Of a stretch of 64,000 bases of DNA, positions 40,713-52,351 are shown in pieces. Position 1 is the stretch's first letter, and the number at the start of each line of letters is the position of its first letter. The position numbers and the translations under genes are program-made. The stretch comes from Nitrospirota bacterium. Its GTDB lineage: Bacteria > Nitrospirota > UBA9217. The notes beneath the pieces are model-generated. The model was not told the DNA's origin. It did no database searches and saw only the letters and a list, made by a program, of their open reading frames with translations. The stretch is from assembly GCA_963663225.1 (NCBI GenBank), contig OY760142.1:2752001-2816000 (forward strand), read 5' to 3'.

Positions 40713-40850
40713 GTTATTATTTTCCACTTCATGTTACAGATGAAGAAATAATAATAACCAGAAATGGCCAAAAAACAGTCGCGTTTACCATGACAAGTGC
40801 CGGTATCTGAATATCTATTCACCAGCACTGTAATCTTCAAGGAGACCTAA

Positions 40851-40878
40851 AAGCCGGAAGAACCTTCCGGCTTTTTTT
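40851..40878 (+). terminator. Intrinsic terminator
   Basis: AAGCCGGAAG-AAC-CTTCCGGCTT plus T-tract. Confidence 0.85.
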
Positions 40879-40945
40879 GTAAGCTACTATTGTGTTTTTA
40901 CATTTTATAACCACTGATTAGAATCATGACCGAACCATATAGAAC

Positions 40946-40974
40946 TTGACAATAAAGGGGAGTGTGAGTATTAT
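40946..40974 (+). promoter_or_regulatory. Sigma70 promoter for tRNA-Pro/Arg
   Basis: TTGACA-17-TATTAT. Confidence 0.7.
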
Positions 40975-41011
40975 ATGGCCTACGAAATGCAGGTAAGCAG
41001 TGTGTTTACCT

Positions 41012-41088
41012 CGGGGCGTGGCGCAGCCCGGTAGCGCGTCTGCTTTGGGAGCAGAAAGCCGGAGGTTCAAATCCTCTCGCCCCGACCA
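41012..41088 (+). tRNA. tRNA-Pro(TGG)
   Basis: Cloverleaf; anticodon arm TCTGC-TTTGGGA-GCAGA; TTCAAAT; CCA. Confidence 0.97.
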
Positions 41089-41116
41089 TTTTGATTGTGG
41101 TTTGCAGTAAAAGAAT

Positions 41117-41193
41117 GCGCCTGTAGCTCAGGTGGATAGAGCAACAGCCTTCTAAGCTGTGGGTCAGGGGTTCGAATCCCTTCAGGCGCGCCA
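41117..41193 (+). tRNA. tRNA-Arg(TCT)
   Basis: Anticodon arm ACAGC-CTTCTAA-GCTGT; TTCGAAT; CCA. Confidence 0.97.
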
Positions 41194-41238
41194 ATTAAAC
41201 AAGTACCACGTCCGAATCAATTGCTTGCGGATTGTTTA

Positions 41239-41267
41239 TTGACAAATTATTTTCAACGCTATACAAT
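41239..41267 (+). promoter_or_regulatory. Sigma70 promoter for tRNA-His/Arg/Arg
   Basis: TTGACA-17-TACAAT. Confidence 0.7.
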
Positions 41268-41321
41268 AAACCATAAATTTGTATCAGTATCTTAGCTTTT
41301 GCAACAAACAAAATCATTCAT

Positions 41322-41398
41322 GGTGGGCGTAGCTCAGCTGGTAGAGCACAAGGTTGTGGCCCTTGTGGTCGCGGGTTCAAGCCCCGTCGCTCACCCCA
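41322..41398 (+). tRNA. tRNA-His(GTG), G-1 encoded
   Basis: Anticodon arm CAAGG-TTGTGGC-CCTTG; CCA. Confidence 0.97.
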
Positions 41399-41409
41399 AT
41401 TTTTAAACA

Positions 41410-41436
41410 TAGAGACGGTCTGTAGGCCGTCTCTAC
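41410..41436 (-). repeat. GTAG-type REP-like palindrome
   Basis: Minus strand GTAGAGACGGCC-TACA-GACCGTCTCTA. Confidence 0.55.
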
Positions 41437-41458
41437 ATCGTTTTAAGCCTTTTTTTAT

Positions 41459-41535
<77 letters not shown>

Positions 41536-41583
41536 AATAAATTTGACTATTGTTCCTTGTCAAATAAACACGCAGTTTCTCAT

Positions 41584-41660
41584 GCGCCCGTAGCTCAGCT
41601 GGATAGAGCGTTGGCCTCCGAAGCCAAAGGTCGTGCGTTCGAATCGCGCCGGGCGCGCCA
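41584..41660 (+). tRNA. tRNA-Arg(CCG)
   Basis: Anticodon arm TTGGC-CTCCGAA-GCCAA; CCA. Confidence 0.97.
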
Positions 41661-41748
41661 AATTAATACGAGAAAACGACAGTTTTATACTTACTGAATA
41701 TTACATAGCCACTAACTTTAAAATTATCTGATAAAATTAATTTTCTTG

Positions 41749-41777
41749 TTGCATCAAAGAGTGAAGATAAGTATAAT
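41749..41777 (+). promoter_or_regulatory. Sigma70 promoter for tRNA-Lys
   Basis: TTGCAT-17-TATAAT. Confidence 0.65.
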
Positions 41778-41812
41778 GTAGCCGTTTTGCACTAGGCAGT
41801 GTCATATGAAAT

Positions 41813-41888
<76 letters not shown>

Positions 41889-41897
41889 GATTTTCCT

Positions 41898-41930
41898 AGC
41901 CTATCAGTCACCTGATAGGCTTTTTCTTTT
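41898..41930 (+). terminator. Intrinsic terminator after tRNA-Lys
   Basis: AGCCTATCAG-TCAC-CTGATAGGCT plus T-tract. Confidence 0.85.
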
Positions 41931-42072
41931 CGTTATAACTTCTTTTTCTTCAACTGGTTTGGCATAGAAATCAAATAAATAACTTATCCTGCATTAAAAA
42001 ATATCAATAAAAGAAGATATTTTCTTGACCTGAAAGCCCCGTTTTGCAATACTGTTTATATCCGGAGGAAAA

Positions 42073-42384
42073 ATGAGAATAGTTATCTTGTCTTTAGCGA
42101 TGACAGTGCTTGTATTTTCATTTTTGCCGGGTTGCTCACATATAAAAACCGAACCAGTAACTCAATATGTCGATGACTCGACAATTACGACAGAAGCGAA
42201 ATGGATAATTGCCAATGACCCGGATGCTCAGTTCTTCAAAATCAAGGTAAAAACAATACAAGGAAAAGTTGAGTTGGATGGCTTTGTAACCAACAATAAA
42301 ACCGAATCACGGCTGGTGGATAAAATCCTGGCGCTTGACGGAGTTAAATCGGTAACCAGCAGATTACAATTGATGAAAAAATAA
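42073..42384 (+). CDS. BON domain lipoprotein (OsmY-like)
   Basis: Lipobox LPGC; YVDDSTITT..K, I.V.T..G.V.L.GFV, GVKSV...L; GGAGG SD. Confidence 0.85.
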   Translation: MRIVILSLAMTVLVFSFLPGCSHIKTEPVTQYVDDSTITTEAKWIIANDPDAQFFKIKVKTIQGKVELDGFVTNNKTESRLVDKILALDGVKSVTSRLQLMKK

Positions 42385-42630
42385 GTGGCGCTGTCTAAAA
42401 GAACAGTTTCACTTTTTCGTTCAACATTGAGGAAATGCCTTGACCCAGTTTAAGGTTTATGCTAATATTCTCAACGATTTCTGAAGCTCCGTCAAAGGGG
42501 TGATAACCGCTGATTGTCGAGAAGCGATATTAACAGTGTAAAGTCCTTCAAAGAATTAGGGACTTCGGCATTATACACTTTTTTATCCAACATACTGTAA
42601 TAAAAAGAAAATAATAAATGTTTTCTAGTC

Positions 42631-42671
42631 TAATCAGCGGGTCGAAAGGTCAACTCCTTCTCGGCTCACCA
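42631..42671 (+). repeat. Degenerate duplicate of tRNA-Lys 3' half (attR-like)
   Basis: 37/41 identical to 41848-41888, including the CCA end. Confidence 0.85.
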
Positions 42672-42754
42672 TAACAATAATGGGCAGTGAGTAACGGGCA
42701 GAAATCCAGTATATACGCTGAACTGCGCAATGCTCACTGCTTTATTTTTGTGGA

Positions 42755-42837
42755 GCGAGAGTGGCGGAATTGGCAGACGCGCCAGACTTAGGATCTGGTG
42801 GGTGACCGTGGGGGTTCAAATCCCCCCTCTCGCACCA
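42755..42837 (+). tRNA. tRNA-Leu(TAG)
   Basis: Anticodon arm CCAGA-CTTAGGA-TCTGG, long variable arm, CCA; tRNA-Leu/tig synteny. Confidence 0.97.
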
Positions 42838-42920
42838 ACTTTATAAAATATCTGCAGCTCTATGCGGACTGCGTGTCCAACAGTTTGTTTTAATGTTATT
42901 ACTTCAAAAAAATTAATAAG

Positions 42921-44216
42921 GTGGAGCAATCAATGAAAGTTACGGTAGAAGATCTCAGTACGGTAAAGAAAAAACTCACGATAGAAGTCGAGCCGGATAT
43001 TGTTACAAAAGAACTGGACAAAGCCTTGGCGGACGTGGTAAAGAAGGCAAAAATTCCAGGTTTTCGACCGGGGAAAGCGCCGCGATCAATCGTGGAAAAG
43101 CACTATGGCGGCGAGGTGCAGTCAGAGGTATTGCAGCGGATCATATCCAAGAACTATATGCAGGCGCTGCAGGAAAAAAACATTACGCCTGTTGATATGC
43201 CGGACATCGACAATGTGTCTGCGTTGACCAAAGGAGCCTCGCTCAGCTTTACCGCTATGGTTGAGGTGCGGCCTGACATTACATTGGGAACGTATGACGG
43301 AATTGAGGTAAAAGAGCAGAATATTGAAGTGACGGATGAAGAGGTGACGCAGTCGATCGATCGGCTTCGGGAAATGTATGCCCAGCTTGAAGTGGTCGAA
43401 GGCCGTCCAGTGGAAAATGAAGATGTCGTTATCATTGATTTTGAAGGTTTCATCGACGGCAAACCCATTGAAAGCGCGAAAGCGAGCGATTACCTTCTGT
43501 CTGTCGGGTCAAAAAGTCTTATTCCCGGCTTTGAAGAGCAGATCATCGGTATGAAGCGAAACGAGACACGGGACATTAAAGTCACGTTTCCCGCTGACTA
43601 CAGCAACAAGGACCTTGCAGGAAAGGACGCTTCGTTTACCATTGTCCTCAAAGAAATCAAGAAAAAGGTTCTGCCAGAATTGAACGAAGAATTTGCAAAA
43701 GATCTCGGCAATTATAAAACCATCGACGAAGTCAAAGACGCAATCAAAAAAGACATCGAAACCAGGAAAAGAAATGATCAGGCGACCGCTCAGCGTGAAG
43801 AACTTATGACGAAATTGATAAAGAGCCACACCTTTGAAATACCTTCCGTCATGGTCAACCACGAACTGCAGGCGCTGGCGCGACAGCACGCAACCTTCAT
43901 GGCACGCCGCGGCGTGGATGTAATGAAGACGTTCGACATCGCAAAATTCCGCGAAGAAAACACAGGGACGGCTGAAAAACGCGTACGAGGGCAATTGATT
44001 CTCGATGTGATCGCTGAAAAGGAAAAAGTCGAAGTTACCGACCAGGAAGTGACCACCGCTCTCACGACGATGGCAAAGGCGTCCGGTCAGACCACAGACT
44101 CCATTAAAAAATATTATGAGAAAAATGAAGGCAGTCTCGAAGGACTGCGGTCTTCCCTGATACAGGAAAAAACTCTCGGTCTCTTGCTTTCGCGAACGAA
44201 GAAGAGTTATAATTAA
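42921..44216 (+). CDS. tig: Trigger factor (start may be ATG 42933)
   Basis: [10 protein letters not shown] ribosome-binding loop; FKBP domain IPGFEEQ..G, VTFP.DY...LAGK.A.F. Confidence 0.95.
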   Translation: MEQSMKVTVEDLSTVKKKLTIEVEPDIVTKELDKALADVVKKAKIPGFRPGKAPRSIVEKHYGGEVQSEVLQRIISKNYMQALQEKNITPVDMPDIDNVSALTKGASLSFTAMVEVRPDITLGTYDGIEVKEQNIEVTDEEVTQSIDRLREMYAQLEVVEGRPVENEDVVIIDFEGFIDGKPIESAKASDYLLSVGSKSLIPGFEEQIIGMKRNETRDIKVTFPADYSNKDLAGKDASFTIVLKEIKKKVLPELNEEFAKDLGNYKTIDEVKDAIKKDIETRKRNDQATAQREELMTKLIKSHTFEIPSVMVNHELQALARQHATFMARRGVDVMKTFDIAKFREENTGTAEKRVRGQLILDVIAEKEKVEVTDQEVTTALTTMAKASGQTTDSIKKYYEKNEGSLEGLRSSLIQEKTLGLLLSRTKKSYN

Positions 44217-44229
44217 AATATCAAACAGT

Positions 44230-44844
44230 ATGAAAAGGGGCACTATGTCGTTAATTCCGATGGTAATAGAGCAAACGAGCCGTGGCGAACGCGCGTATGA
44301 CATTTACTCACGGCTTTTGAAGGACAGAATCATATTCCTTGGGACCGCGATCGATGATATCGTTGCCAATACCGTAATAGCGCAGTTGCTGTTTCTGGAC
44401 GCAGAGGACCCAGGTAAAGACATCTATCTCTACATAAACTCCCCCGGGGGAGTCGTTTCGTCCGGTTTGGCGATCTATGATACCATGAATTATTTGAAAT
44501 CCCCTGTGTCGACCATCTGCATCGGCCAGGCCGCAAGCATGGGAGCGCTGCTTTTGACGGCAGGGACCAAAGGAAAAAGATTTTCCCTGCCTCACTCGCG
44601 GGTCATGATACACCAACCCATGGGCGGATTCCAGGGCCAGGCCACCGATATCGAAATACACGCAAAAGAAATATTGAAATTAAAGGACACGCTCAACAAT
44701 ATCTTGGCAAAGCATACAGGACAACCGATCGAAAAAATACAGGCGGATACTGACCGTGATTTTTTCATGTCCGGAGAAGATGCAAAAACTTACGGCATTA
44801 TAGACGAGGTGATTACGAAGGTAAGAAGTGCCAAGGAGAAGTAA
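44230..44844 (+). CDS. clpP: ATP-dependent Clp protease proteolytic subunit (start may be ATG 44245)
   Basis: [38 protein letters not shown]. Confidence 0.97.
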   Translation: MKRGTMSLIPMVIEQTSRGERAYDIYSRLLKDRIIFLGTAIDDIVANTVIAQLLFLDAEDPGKDIYLYINSPGGVVSSGLAIYDTMNYLKSPVSTICIGQAASMGALLLTAGTKGKRFSLPHSRVMIHQPMGGFQGQATDIEIHAKEILKLKDTLNNILAKHTGQPIEKIQADTDRDFFMSGEDAKTYGIIDEVITKVRSAKEK

Positions 44845-44847
44845 GCC

Positions 44848-46092
44848 ATGACTGAAAAAAATGAACCTGCCGCAACGCAACTGAAATGTTCTTTTTGCGG
44901 CAAAAATCAGGATGAAGTAAAAAAACTTATTGCCGGACCATCAGTATTTATCTGCAATGAGTGCGTTGATCTCTGCAATGAAATCATTGCGGAAGAATGG
45001 GAAGAGGCAAAAGAAACAAAAATTCCCCGGCTGCCAAAACCGGCGGAAATAAAACGTACGCTTGATGAGTATGTCATCGGTCAGGATCGTGCTAAAAAAA
45101 TCCTTTCCGTGGCCGTGCATAATCATTATAAACGCATTGATATCCGCCATGAAATCGGCGATGAAGTGGAACTTCAAAAAAGCAATATTCTGCTGATCGG
45201 CCCCACGGGAGTAGGGAAGACACTGCTTGCGCAGACGCTGGCACGAATTCTGGATGTGCCGTTTACGATAGCAGATGCCACCACCCTGACCGAAGCAGGC
45301 TATGTAGGCGAAGACGTCGAAAACATCATTCTGAAACTGCTTCAAAATGCCAATTATGATGTGGAGCGCGCGCAACGCGGCATCGTCTATATCGATGAAA
45401 TCGACAAAATCAGCAGAAAATCAGAAAGCCCTTCAATCACCCGCGACGTATCGGGAGAGGGGGTGCAGCAGGCGCTGTTGAAGCTTATAGAAGGAACGGT
45501 GGCAAGCGTTCCTCCCCAGGGCGGCCGCAAACATCCGCATCAAGAGTTTATACAGGTGGACACCAAAAATATTCTCTTCATCTGCGGTGGGGCCTTTGTC
45601 GGGCTCGAGTCGATCATTGACCAGCGCATCGGCAAAAAAACCATGGGGTTCGGCGCTGACATACAAAGCAAACAGGAGCGAAAACTGAGCGAAATTCTTG
45701 CCTGCCTTCAGCCTGAGGACTTGCTGAAATACGGCCTTATTCCGGAGTTTATCGGACGGATGCCGGTTGTGGCAACGCTCGAAGAACTGGGCGAACAGGC
45801 ATTGATCGACATTCTCACGCGGCCCAAGAATGCCCTTATCAAGCAGTATCAGAAACTGCTCGCATTGGAGGGCTGCAAACTGCGCTTTACCGACGATGCG
45901 CTTATTGCCATAGCCAAAAAAGCGATAAATCGGAAAACCGGCGCCCGCGGTCTTCGCGCAATCCTTGAAGATGTAATGCTGAATGTGATGTATGACGTTC
46001 CTTCTCAGCCAGGAATCAGAGAGTGTATCATCAACGAGGAAGTGATCAATAGCGGCGCAGAACCGCTTCTTATTTACGAAAAAATCGCGTAA
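44848..46092 (+). CDS. clpX: ATP-dependent Clp protease ATPase
   Basis: CSFCGK zinc finger, [38 protein letters not shown]. Confidence 0.97.
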   Translation: MTEKNEPAATQLKCSFCGKNQDEVKKLIAGPSVFICNECVDLCNEIIAEEWEEAKETKIPRLPKPAEIKRTLDEYVIGQDRAKKILSVAVHNHYKRIDIRHEIGDEVELQKSNILLIGPTGVGKTLLAQTLARILDVPFTIADATTLTEAGYVGEDVENIILKLLQNANYDVERAQRGIVYIDEIDKISRKSESPSITRDVSGEGVQQALLKLIEGTVASVPPQGGRKHPHQEFIQVDTKNILFICGGAFVGLESIIDQRIGKKTMGFGADIQSKQERKLSEILACLQPEDLLKYGLIPEFIGRMPVVATLEELGEQALIDILTRPKNALIKQYQKLLALEGCKLRFTDDALIAIAKKAINRKTGARGLRAILEDVMLNVMYDVPSQPGIRECIINEEVINSGAEPLLIYEKIA

Positions 46093-46109
46093 CGCGGCAA
46101 AAATATATT

Positions 46110-46159
46110 ACAAAGGACAGAGGAAGGCAACAGGATGTTTTCTTCTGTCCTTTGTTTTG
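46110..46159 (+). terminator. Hairpin / terminator after clpX
   Basis: ACAAAGGACAGA...TCTGTCCTTTGT stem then TTTG. Confidence 0.6.
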
Positions 46160-46207
46160 TCATTACGCTGTGGTTTCTTTCCTTAATCCTTATTCCGAAC
46201 TTAACTC

Positions 46208-46792
46208 ATGAGAATACTCTCTGCTGAATTTATTACAAGTGCCGTCACTCCTAAACAGTTTCCTGCAGATAAAAAGCCACAAATAGCTTTCGCCGGGCGA
46301 TCTAATGTCGGCAAATCTTCTCTTATTAATGCCCTCCTGCACCGAAAAAACCTTGTAAAAACAAGCGCAACTCCCGGCAAAACGCAATTGATAAATTTTT
46401 TTCTTATTAATGAACAATTCTATTTTGTCGATTTGCCGGGATACGGCTATGCGAAAGTCCCCTATGCAGTAACCGACGCATGGGCTCCCATGATTGAACG
46501 CTATCTGAAAGAATCCCCCGAGTTGGCAGCCGTTGTAGTGCTCCTTGATATCAGGAGGGAACCGGACAAGCGGGATCTTCGTCTTATCGAATGGTTGGAG
46601 CAGTATAATATCCCGGCCATCATTGCCCTGACTAAAACTGACAAGTTGAACCGCCAGGAAACAGAACAGTCTCGAAAAAAAATAGTGCCAATTCTGGAAA
46701 CTGAAGAAACGCTGATTCTTACGTCCGCAAAAACAGGCACCGGGATCAAAGACCTCTGGAAAAGCATTTTCTCGTATATAAGCGTTTCCTAA
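46208..46792 (+). CDS. engB: GTPase EngB/YihA
   Basis: GRSNVGKSSLIN, PGKTQ.INFF, DLPGYGYA, TK.DK. Confidence 0.95.
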   Translation: MRILSAEFITSAVTPKQFPADKKPQIAFAGRSNVGKSSLINALLHRKNLVKTSATPGKTQLINFFLINEQFYFVDLPGYGYAKVPYAVTDAWAPMIERYLKESPELAAVVVLLDIRREPDKRDLRLIEWLEQYNIPAIIALTKTDKLNRQETEQSRKKIVPILETEETLILTSAKTGTGIKDLWKSIFSYISVS

Positions 46793-46870
46793 ACAGCCTG
46801 TTTTCCTTTTAATGTGCGGACAGTTCTATTCATGCTGACTGTATCTTCTTGCTAAGGGGGAGGCCTTCAT

Positions 46871-48400
46871 ATGGATTTTTCCACAGAGCTTACCGGTGCA
46901 TTGTTCTGGAGTGCAGTACTGAGCATTTTTTTTGTTGTAGTCTGCAGTATTGCTATCGGTTTCTTTGCAAAAAAATCACCCCAGCTAAAACCCATCGGCA
47001 CCAGCCTGAAACTCATCGTTTTTTTCATTGCCATTCAATTCTCCCTTTTTTTGGGAGCCACTGAGCGTTATCCGCACCTTTCCCGACATCTGAACTTCTT
47101 TTCCTGGCTCCTTTTCACGTTTGCGGCAGTCCGTCTCATTCTCTATATCTACGGTGATCTTTTTATTGTACGCTGGAAAAAAGGCAGTTTTCCGGCCGCG
47201 TTCAAAAATATCATTACTGCTGCTGCGCTGGTGCTGGTCGCCCTTATTCTCTTAAAAGAAATACTGGACATTAACGTTACCTCTCTGATTGCAACAACAA
47301 CCGTCCTGACTGCGACCATCGGTTTGGCGTTTCAGGGAACTTTGGCGAACATGCTGGCAGGCCTTACCATCCATCTGGAAAAACCCCTAAAACAAGGCGA
47401 CTGGATCGCGGTTGCTGGCCATGAAGGACGAGTGACCGATATCACGCTCCGATCCACGAGGATTTTAACGCTCGATCAGAACGAAGTGTTCATACCCAAC
47501 AGCAAGGTCTTGAGTGAGGCCGTGGTAAATTTCAGTCTGCCGGGCAGGGAACATATAAAAAAACTTGTGTTTGGCGTCAGTTACAATACGCCGCCGAATA
47601 AGGTAAAACAGGTTGTTTTTGATGTTCTTGGAGAGATTCCGGACGTGTGCAGGCATCCTGAACCGCTTATTCGGGTTGCAAGTTACGGCGACTATTCCGT
47701 AAATTATGAACTTCGCTATGCTATTGGAGACTTCTCACGGTCCATTGATATTGATGCCCAGATCATGAACCTTCTCTGGTATCGCTTTAAGCGCACCGGA
47801 ATTCATATTCCTCTTCCGATCCGCGATGTAAATCTGCGCCAAATCACACCTGAATTTTTAAAAGCAGAAAACGACCAGCAGACGGCCAAACGAATCGAAC
47901 TGATGGAAAACGTGGAAATACTTGCTCCGCTCAGCAAAACTGAATTAAAAAAACTCTCTTCACAATTAAGCGTAAAAACCTATGCTGTCGGCGAAATGCC
48001 GGTGCGCCAAGGAGACCCCGGGGACTCTTTTTATATAATCAAGAGCGGCAAAGTTGATGTGATTGTGGAAAATGCACCCGGCGAATCAGCCGTTGTGGCC
48101 ACGCTCACAGAAGGCAACTTTTTTGGAGAAATGAGCTTGTTAACAGGAGCAACGAGAACAGCCAGTATTCTGGTTACAGAAGACGCAGAATTTATTGTTA
48201 TCGATAAGCAAAGTTTTACATCAACTTTGATTCATAATCCTTCCATTGCTGAATCGTTAAGCCATATTCTTTCCGAACGTCAGGCCGGCCTTGATGCCGA
48301 AAAAGAAAAGCTCGACACGGAAGCTTTTTCACACCGGAAAAAGGCTGCATCGAGCAAACTTTTGGCAAAAATAAGGAATTTTTTCGGAATGGATTTGTAA
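46871..48400 (+). CDS. MscS family mechanosensitive channel with C-terminal cyclic nucleotide-binding domain
   Basis: IGLAFQ.TL.N..AG, GDWI...G..G.V, IPNS; RQGD.GDSFYII.SG.V, FFGEMSLLTG..RTA. Confidence 0.88.
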   Translation: MDFSTELTGALFWSAVLSIFFVVVCSIAIGFFAKKSPQLKPIGTSLKLIVFFIAIQFSLFLGATERYPHLSRHLNFFSWLLFTFAAVRLILYIYGDLFIVRWKKGSFPAAFKNIITAAALVLVALILLKEILDINVTSLIATTTVLTATIGLAFQGTLANMLAGLTIHLEKPLKQGDWIAVAGHEGRVTDITLRSTRILTLDQNEVFIPNSKVLSEAVVNFSLPGREHIKKLVFGVSYNTPPNKVKQVVFDVLGEIPDVCRHPEPLIRVASYGDYSVNYELRYAIGDFSRSIDIDAQIMNLLWYRFKRTGIHIPLPIRDVNLRQITPEFLKAENDQQTAKRIELMENVEILAPLSKTELKKLSSQLSVKTYAVGEMPVRQGDPGDSFYIIKSGKVDVIVENAPGESAVVATLTEGNFFGEMSLLTGATRTASILVTEDAEFIVIDKQSFTSTLIHNPSIAESLSHILSERQAGLDAEKEKLDTEAFSHRKKAASSKLLAKIRNFFGMDL

Positions 48401-48454
48401 TCCCAGAAATACGCTGATTTGTTCTAAGAACTGTTAATATATAATAATCTGTTT

Positions 48455-49384
<930 letters not shown>

Positions 49385-50749
49385 CTACAAAATATACCTG
49401 CTTAAATCCTCGCTCTTGATGATGTCAGTCATCCTTTCGCGGACGTGTTCGGCAGTAATGTTGACACGGGAACCTTTCTTTTCCGGCGCATCAAATGATA
49501 TTTCATCGAGCAAGAGCTCCAGTATCGTATGAAGTCTGCGCGCTCCGATATTTTCCGTGCGCTCATTTACTTTTGCTGCGATGTCAGCGATTTCTTCAAT
49601 TGAGTCATCGGAGAACACAAGCGTTATTTCTTCCGTAGCGAGCAGGGCAATGTTCTGTTTTATAAGCGCATTCTGCGGCTCAGTAAGAATGCGGATAAAT
49701 TCTTTCTTCCCGAGAGAATCAAGTTCGACACGGATGGGGAACCTGCCCTGAAGCTCCGGAATCAGATCAGATGGTTTCGATACGTGAAATGCGCCGGCGG
49801 CGATAAAAAGAATATGGTCTGTTTTGACCGGTCCGTATTTTGTCGTAACGGTAGAGCCTTCCACAATAGGAAGAAGATCGCGTTGAACTCCTTCGCGCGA
49901 TACGTCGGGACCGTGCTGCGACTCGCGTCCGGCGATTTTATCCAACTCATCGAGAAAAACAATGCCCGACTGCTCTACACGCTGAAGTGCCTCTTTGGTT
50001 ACCTTGTCCATATCGATAAGCTTCGCCGCTTCTTCCTGCACTAATATCCGCAAGGCGTCCGGCACCTTGGCTTTGCGTCGTTTGGTTTTTTCCGGGAGGA
50101 GCCCGCCCAGCATTTCCTTAAGATTCATTTCAATTTCTTCCATGCCGACATTCGAGATAACGCCAAAAGGCATCACCTTTTCCTTAATCTCCAGCTCGAC
50201 GGTGCGTGTGTCGAGCTTTCCCTCCCGCAGCTGTTGCCTGAGTTTTTCCCGGGTGCCGGTATGTTGTTCCTGCTGCTCCGTGGTCGGAGCATCGTATCCC
50301 GCTGGCGTTCTCAGCGGAGGCAAAAGAAGGTCAAGCAGGCGCTCTTCCGCCAGGACTTCCGCTCTTTCACGAACCTGTTCCGCCATTTCATTCTTAACCA
50401 TATTAATGCCTATTTCGGTCAGATCGCGCACGATTGAGTCGACATCGCGGCCCACATAACCCACTTCGGTGAATTTTGATGCTTCAATTTTCAGGAAGGG
50501 TGCCTGTACAAGTTTTGCAAGCCTGCGGGCTATTTCTGTTTTGCCGACCCCGGTGGGGCCGATCATAATGATGTTCTTCGGCATGACTTCGTCACGGAGT
50601 TCTTCCGGCAGACGCTGCCGTCTCCAACGGTTGCGCAGGGCGATGGCCACAGCTCGTTTTGCCTTTTGCTGGCCAATGACATATTTGTCCAGTTCCTCAA
50701 CAATCTGTCTCGGCGTCAACGTATCTTTCAAGGAAACCTCCATTAACAA
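49385..50749 (-). CDS. hslU: ATP-dependent protease ATPase subunit
   Basis: [59 protein letters not shown]. Confidence 0.97.
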   Translation of the reverse strand: MLMEVSLKDTLTPRQIVEELDKYVIGQQKAKRAVAIALRNRWRRQRLPEELRDEVMPKNIIMIGPTGVGKTEIARRLAKLVQAPFLKIEASKFTEVGYVGRDVDSIVRDLTEIGINMVKNEMAEQVRERAEVLAEERLLDLLLPPLRTPAGYDAPTTEQQEQHTGTREKLRQQLREGKLDTRTVELEIKEKVMPFGVISNVGMEEIEMNLKEMLGGLLPEKTKRRKAKVPDALRILVQEEAAKLIDMDKVTKEALQRVEQSGIVFLDELDKIAGRESQHGPDVSREGVQRDLLPIVEGSTVTTKYGPVKTDHILFIAAGAFHVSKPSDLIPELQGRFPIRVELDSLGKKEFIRILTEPQNALIKQNIALLATEEITLVFSDDSIEEIADIAAKVNERTENIGARRLHTILELLLDEISFDAPEKKGSRVNITAEHVRERMTDIIKSEDLSRYIL

Positions 50750-50825
50750 CAGTGCAGCATGATAAAGCAGATTATTGCCGCTTCAATCTGCAGCCGGTGC
50801 ATAGGGTGATTTGAATTCCGAAATG

Positions 50826-51368
50826 CTACAGTTCTTCAATTGATATTTCTTTGTTGGTGTATATGCATATTTCCGCTGCAATCTTCATGGATTCTTCAAC
50901 GATCTTTTTTGCGTCCAGTTGGGTATGCTCGATAAGAGCGCGGGCAGCGGCAAGTGCATAAGGACCGCCGGAACCTATGGCAGCAACGCCGTTTTCCGGC
51001 TCGATGACGTCACCGTTTCCTGAAAGAATGAATGAACGCTCATGATCAGCAATGATCATGAGTGCTTCAAGTCTGCGGAGTATCTTGTCTGTGCGCCAGT
51101 CTTTCGCAAGTTCGACTGCTGCACGGGTGAGATTGCCGTGGTACTGTTCCAGCTTGTTTTCGAATTTTTCGAATAAGGTAAACGCATCAGCGGTCGCGCC
51201 TGCGAAACCTGCCAGAATTTTTTCATTGTACATTTTCCGCACTTTTTTCGCATTGTGCTTCATGACGGTAGATCCAATGGTCACCTGGCCGTCGCCTGCG
51301 ATTGCGGTTTTTCCGTTACGCCGAACCGCGATAATTGTTGTTCCGTGCAGAGGTAGTATATCCTCCAT
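50826..51368 (-). CDS. hslV: ATP-dependent protease peptidase subunit
   Basis: [33 protein letters not shown]. Confidence 0.97.
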   Translation of the reverse strand: MEDILPLHGTTIIAVRRNGKTAIAGDGQVTIGSTVMKHNAKKVRKMYNEKILAGFAGATADAFTLFEKFENKLEQYHGNLTRAAVELAKDWRTDKILRRLEALMIIADHERSFILSGNGDVIEPENGVAAIGSGGPYALAAARALIEHTQLDAKKIVEESMKIAAEICIYTNKEISIEEL

Positions 51369-51454
51369 GGTTTTCTCCCGTTTAAGTACCGTATCCTTAT
51401 TAATTATACTTTACAAATTCCTTGTTACACCGTTCACGACACAATATCTAGATT

Positions 51455-52351
51455 TCATGTCTTGCGGAGTCTGGACTTTGGATGCGCCTTATCGTATGTT
51501 TCCATGAGTGAGTCCAGGTTTACATGCGTATAGCGTTGGGTTGTCGAAAGACTTGCATGTCCCAGCAGTTCCTGGATAGCCCGAAGATCCGCTCCAGATT
51601 CGAGCAGATGCGTGGCAAAGCTGTGTCGGAGAGTGTGGGGGCTGGCTTTCTGAAGCAGCCCTAGATTTTTGCTGTATTTTTCTAAAATACGCTGAACCGT
51701 TCGTACTGTCAAGCGTTTTCCGCCTGAACCTGTAAAAATTGCCTTTGTTTCAGCGCGGTTATTGCTGCTCTGATTGAGATAGGCGTCAATGGCATTAAGT
51801 GCCGTGGCCCCTATGGGAACAATACGTTCTTTCCGACCTTTTCCTCTGATTCTGACAAGATGGTCATTCCTGTCGATATCTTCTGAATTTATTCCGATGA
51901 GTTCGCTCGCCCGAATACCGGTCGAGTACAGTGTCTCCAGAATGGCCTTGTCTCGGAAGGAAGCACCCTGTATCGTTGGATTCACGGAAGAGGGAGCATC
52001 CATGAGCCGTTCAGTATCATCGATGGAGAGCACGTTCGGCAGACGCTTTTCCCTGCGGGGCGTCGCGACCAGTCTTGCAGGGTTGTTTGCGACTATTCCT
52101 TCCCGGTTTAGATAGGCAAAAAACGTCCGTATAGAAGAAAGTTTCCGGGCAATGGATGCTTTCTTTATATTGAGCTTCATCAGATGGGCAATAAATTGCC
52201 GCAGTGTCTGGTGATCAACTTTATTAGGTTCAGTTTTTCCCAGAAAAGCAAAGAGCTGCTCCAGGTCGGACAAATAGCTTCGGACGGTGTGAGGAGACGT
52301 ATTCTTCTGGTTTTTCAAATAGTTGATAAAATTAAAAACATGTTCGTTCAT
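51455..52351 (-). CDS. xerC: Tyrosine recombinase XerC
   Basis: S.HT..SY..DL, LYSTGIR.SEL, GKG.KER.VP, PHTLRHSFATHLL, LLGHASLSTTQ.YT; topA-xerC-hslVU synteny. Confidence 0.92.
   Translation of the reverse strand: MNEHVFNFINYLKNQKNTSPHTVRSYLSDLEQLFAFLGKTEPNKVDHQTLRQFIAHLMKLNIKKASIARKLSSIRTFFAYLNREGIVANNPARLVATPRREKRLPNVLSIDDTERLMDAPSSVNPTIQGASFRDKAILETLYSTGIRASELIGINSEDIDRNDHLVRIRGKGRKERIVPIGATALNAIDAYLNQSSNNRAETKAIFTGSGGKRLTVRTVQRILEKYSKNLGLLQKASPHTLRHSFATHLLESGADLRAIQELLGHASLSTTQRYTHVNLDSLMETYDKAHPKSRLRKT

Noticed and set aside
42631-42671. Eighth functional tRNA
   Set aside because: No 5' half or D-arm and the T-arm is mutated; treated as an att-like remnant
43509-44303. 264-aa minus-strand ORF
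   Set aside because: Antisense to tig
51455-52351. Prophage or island integrase
   Set aside because: Housekeeping XerC size, motifs and topA-xerC-hslVU context; no phage genes
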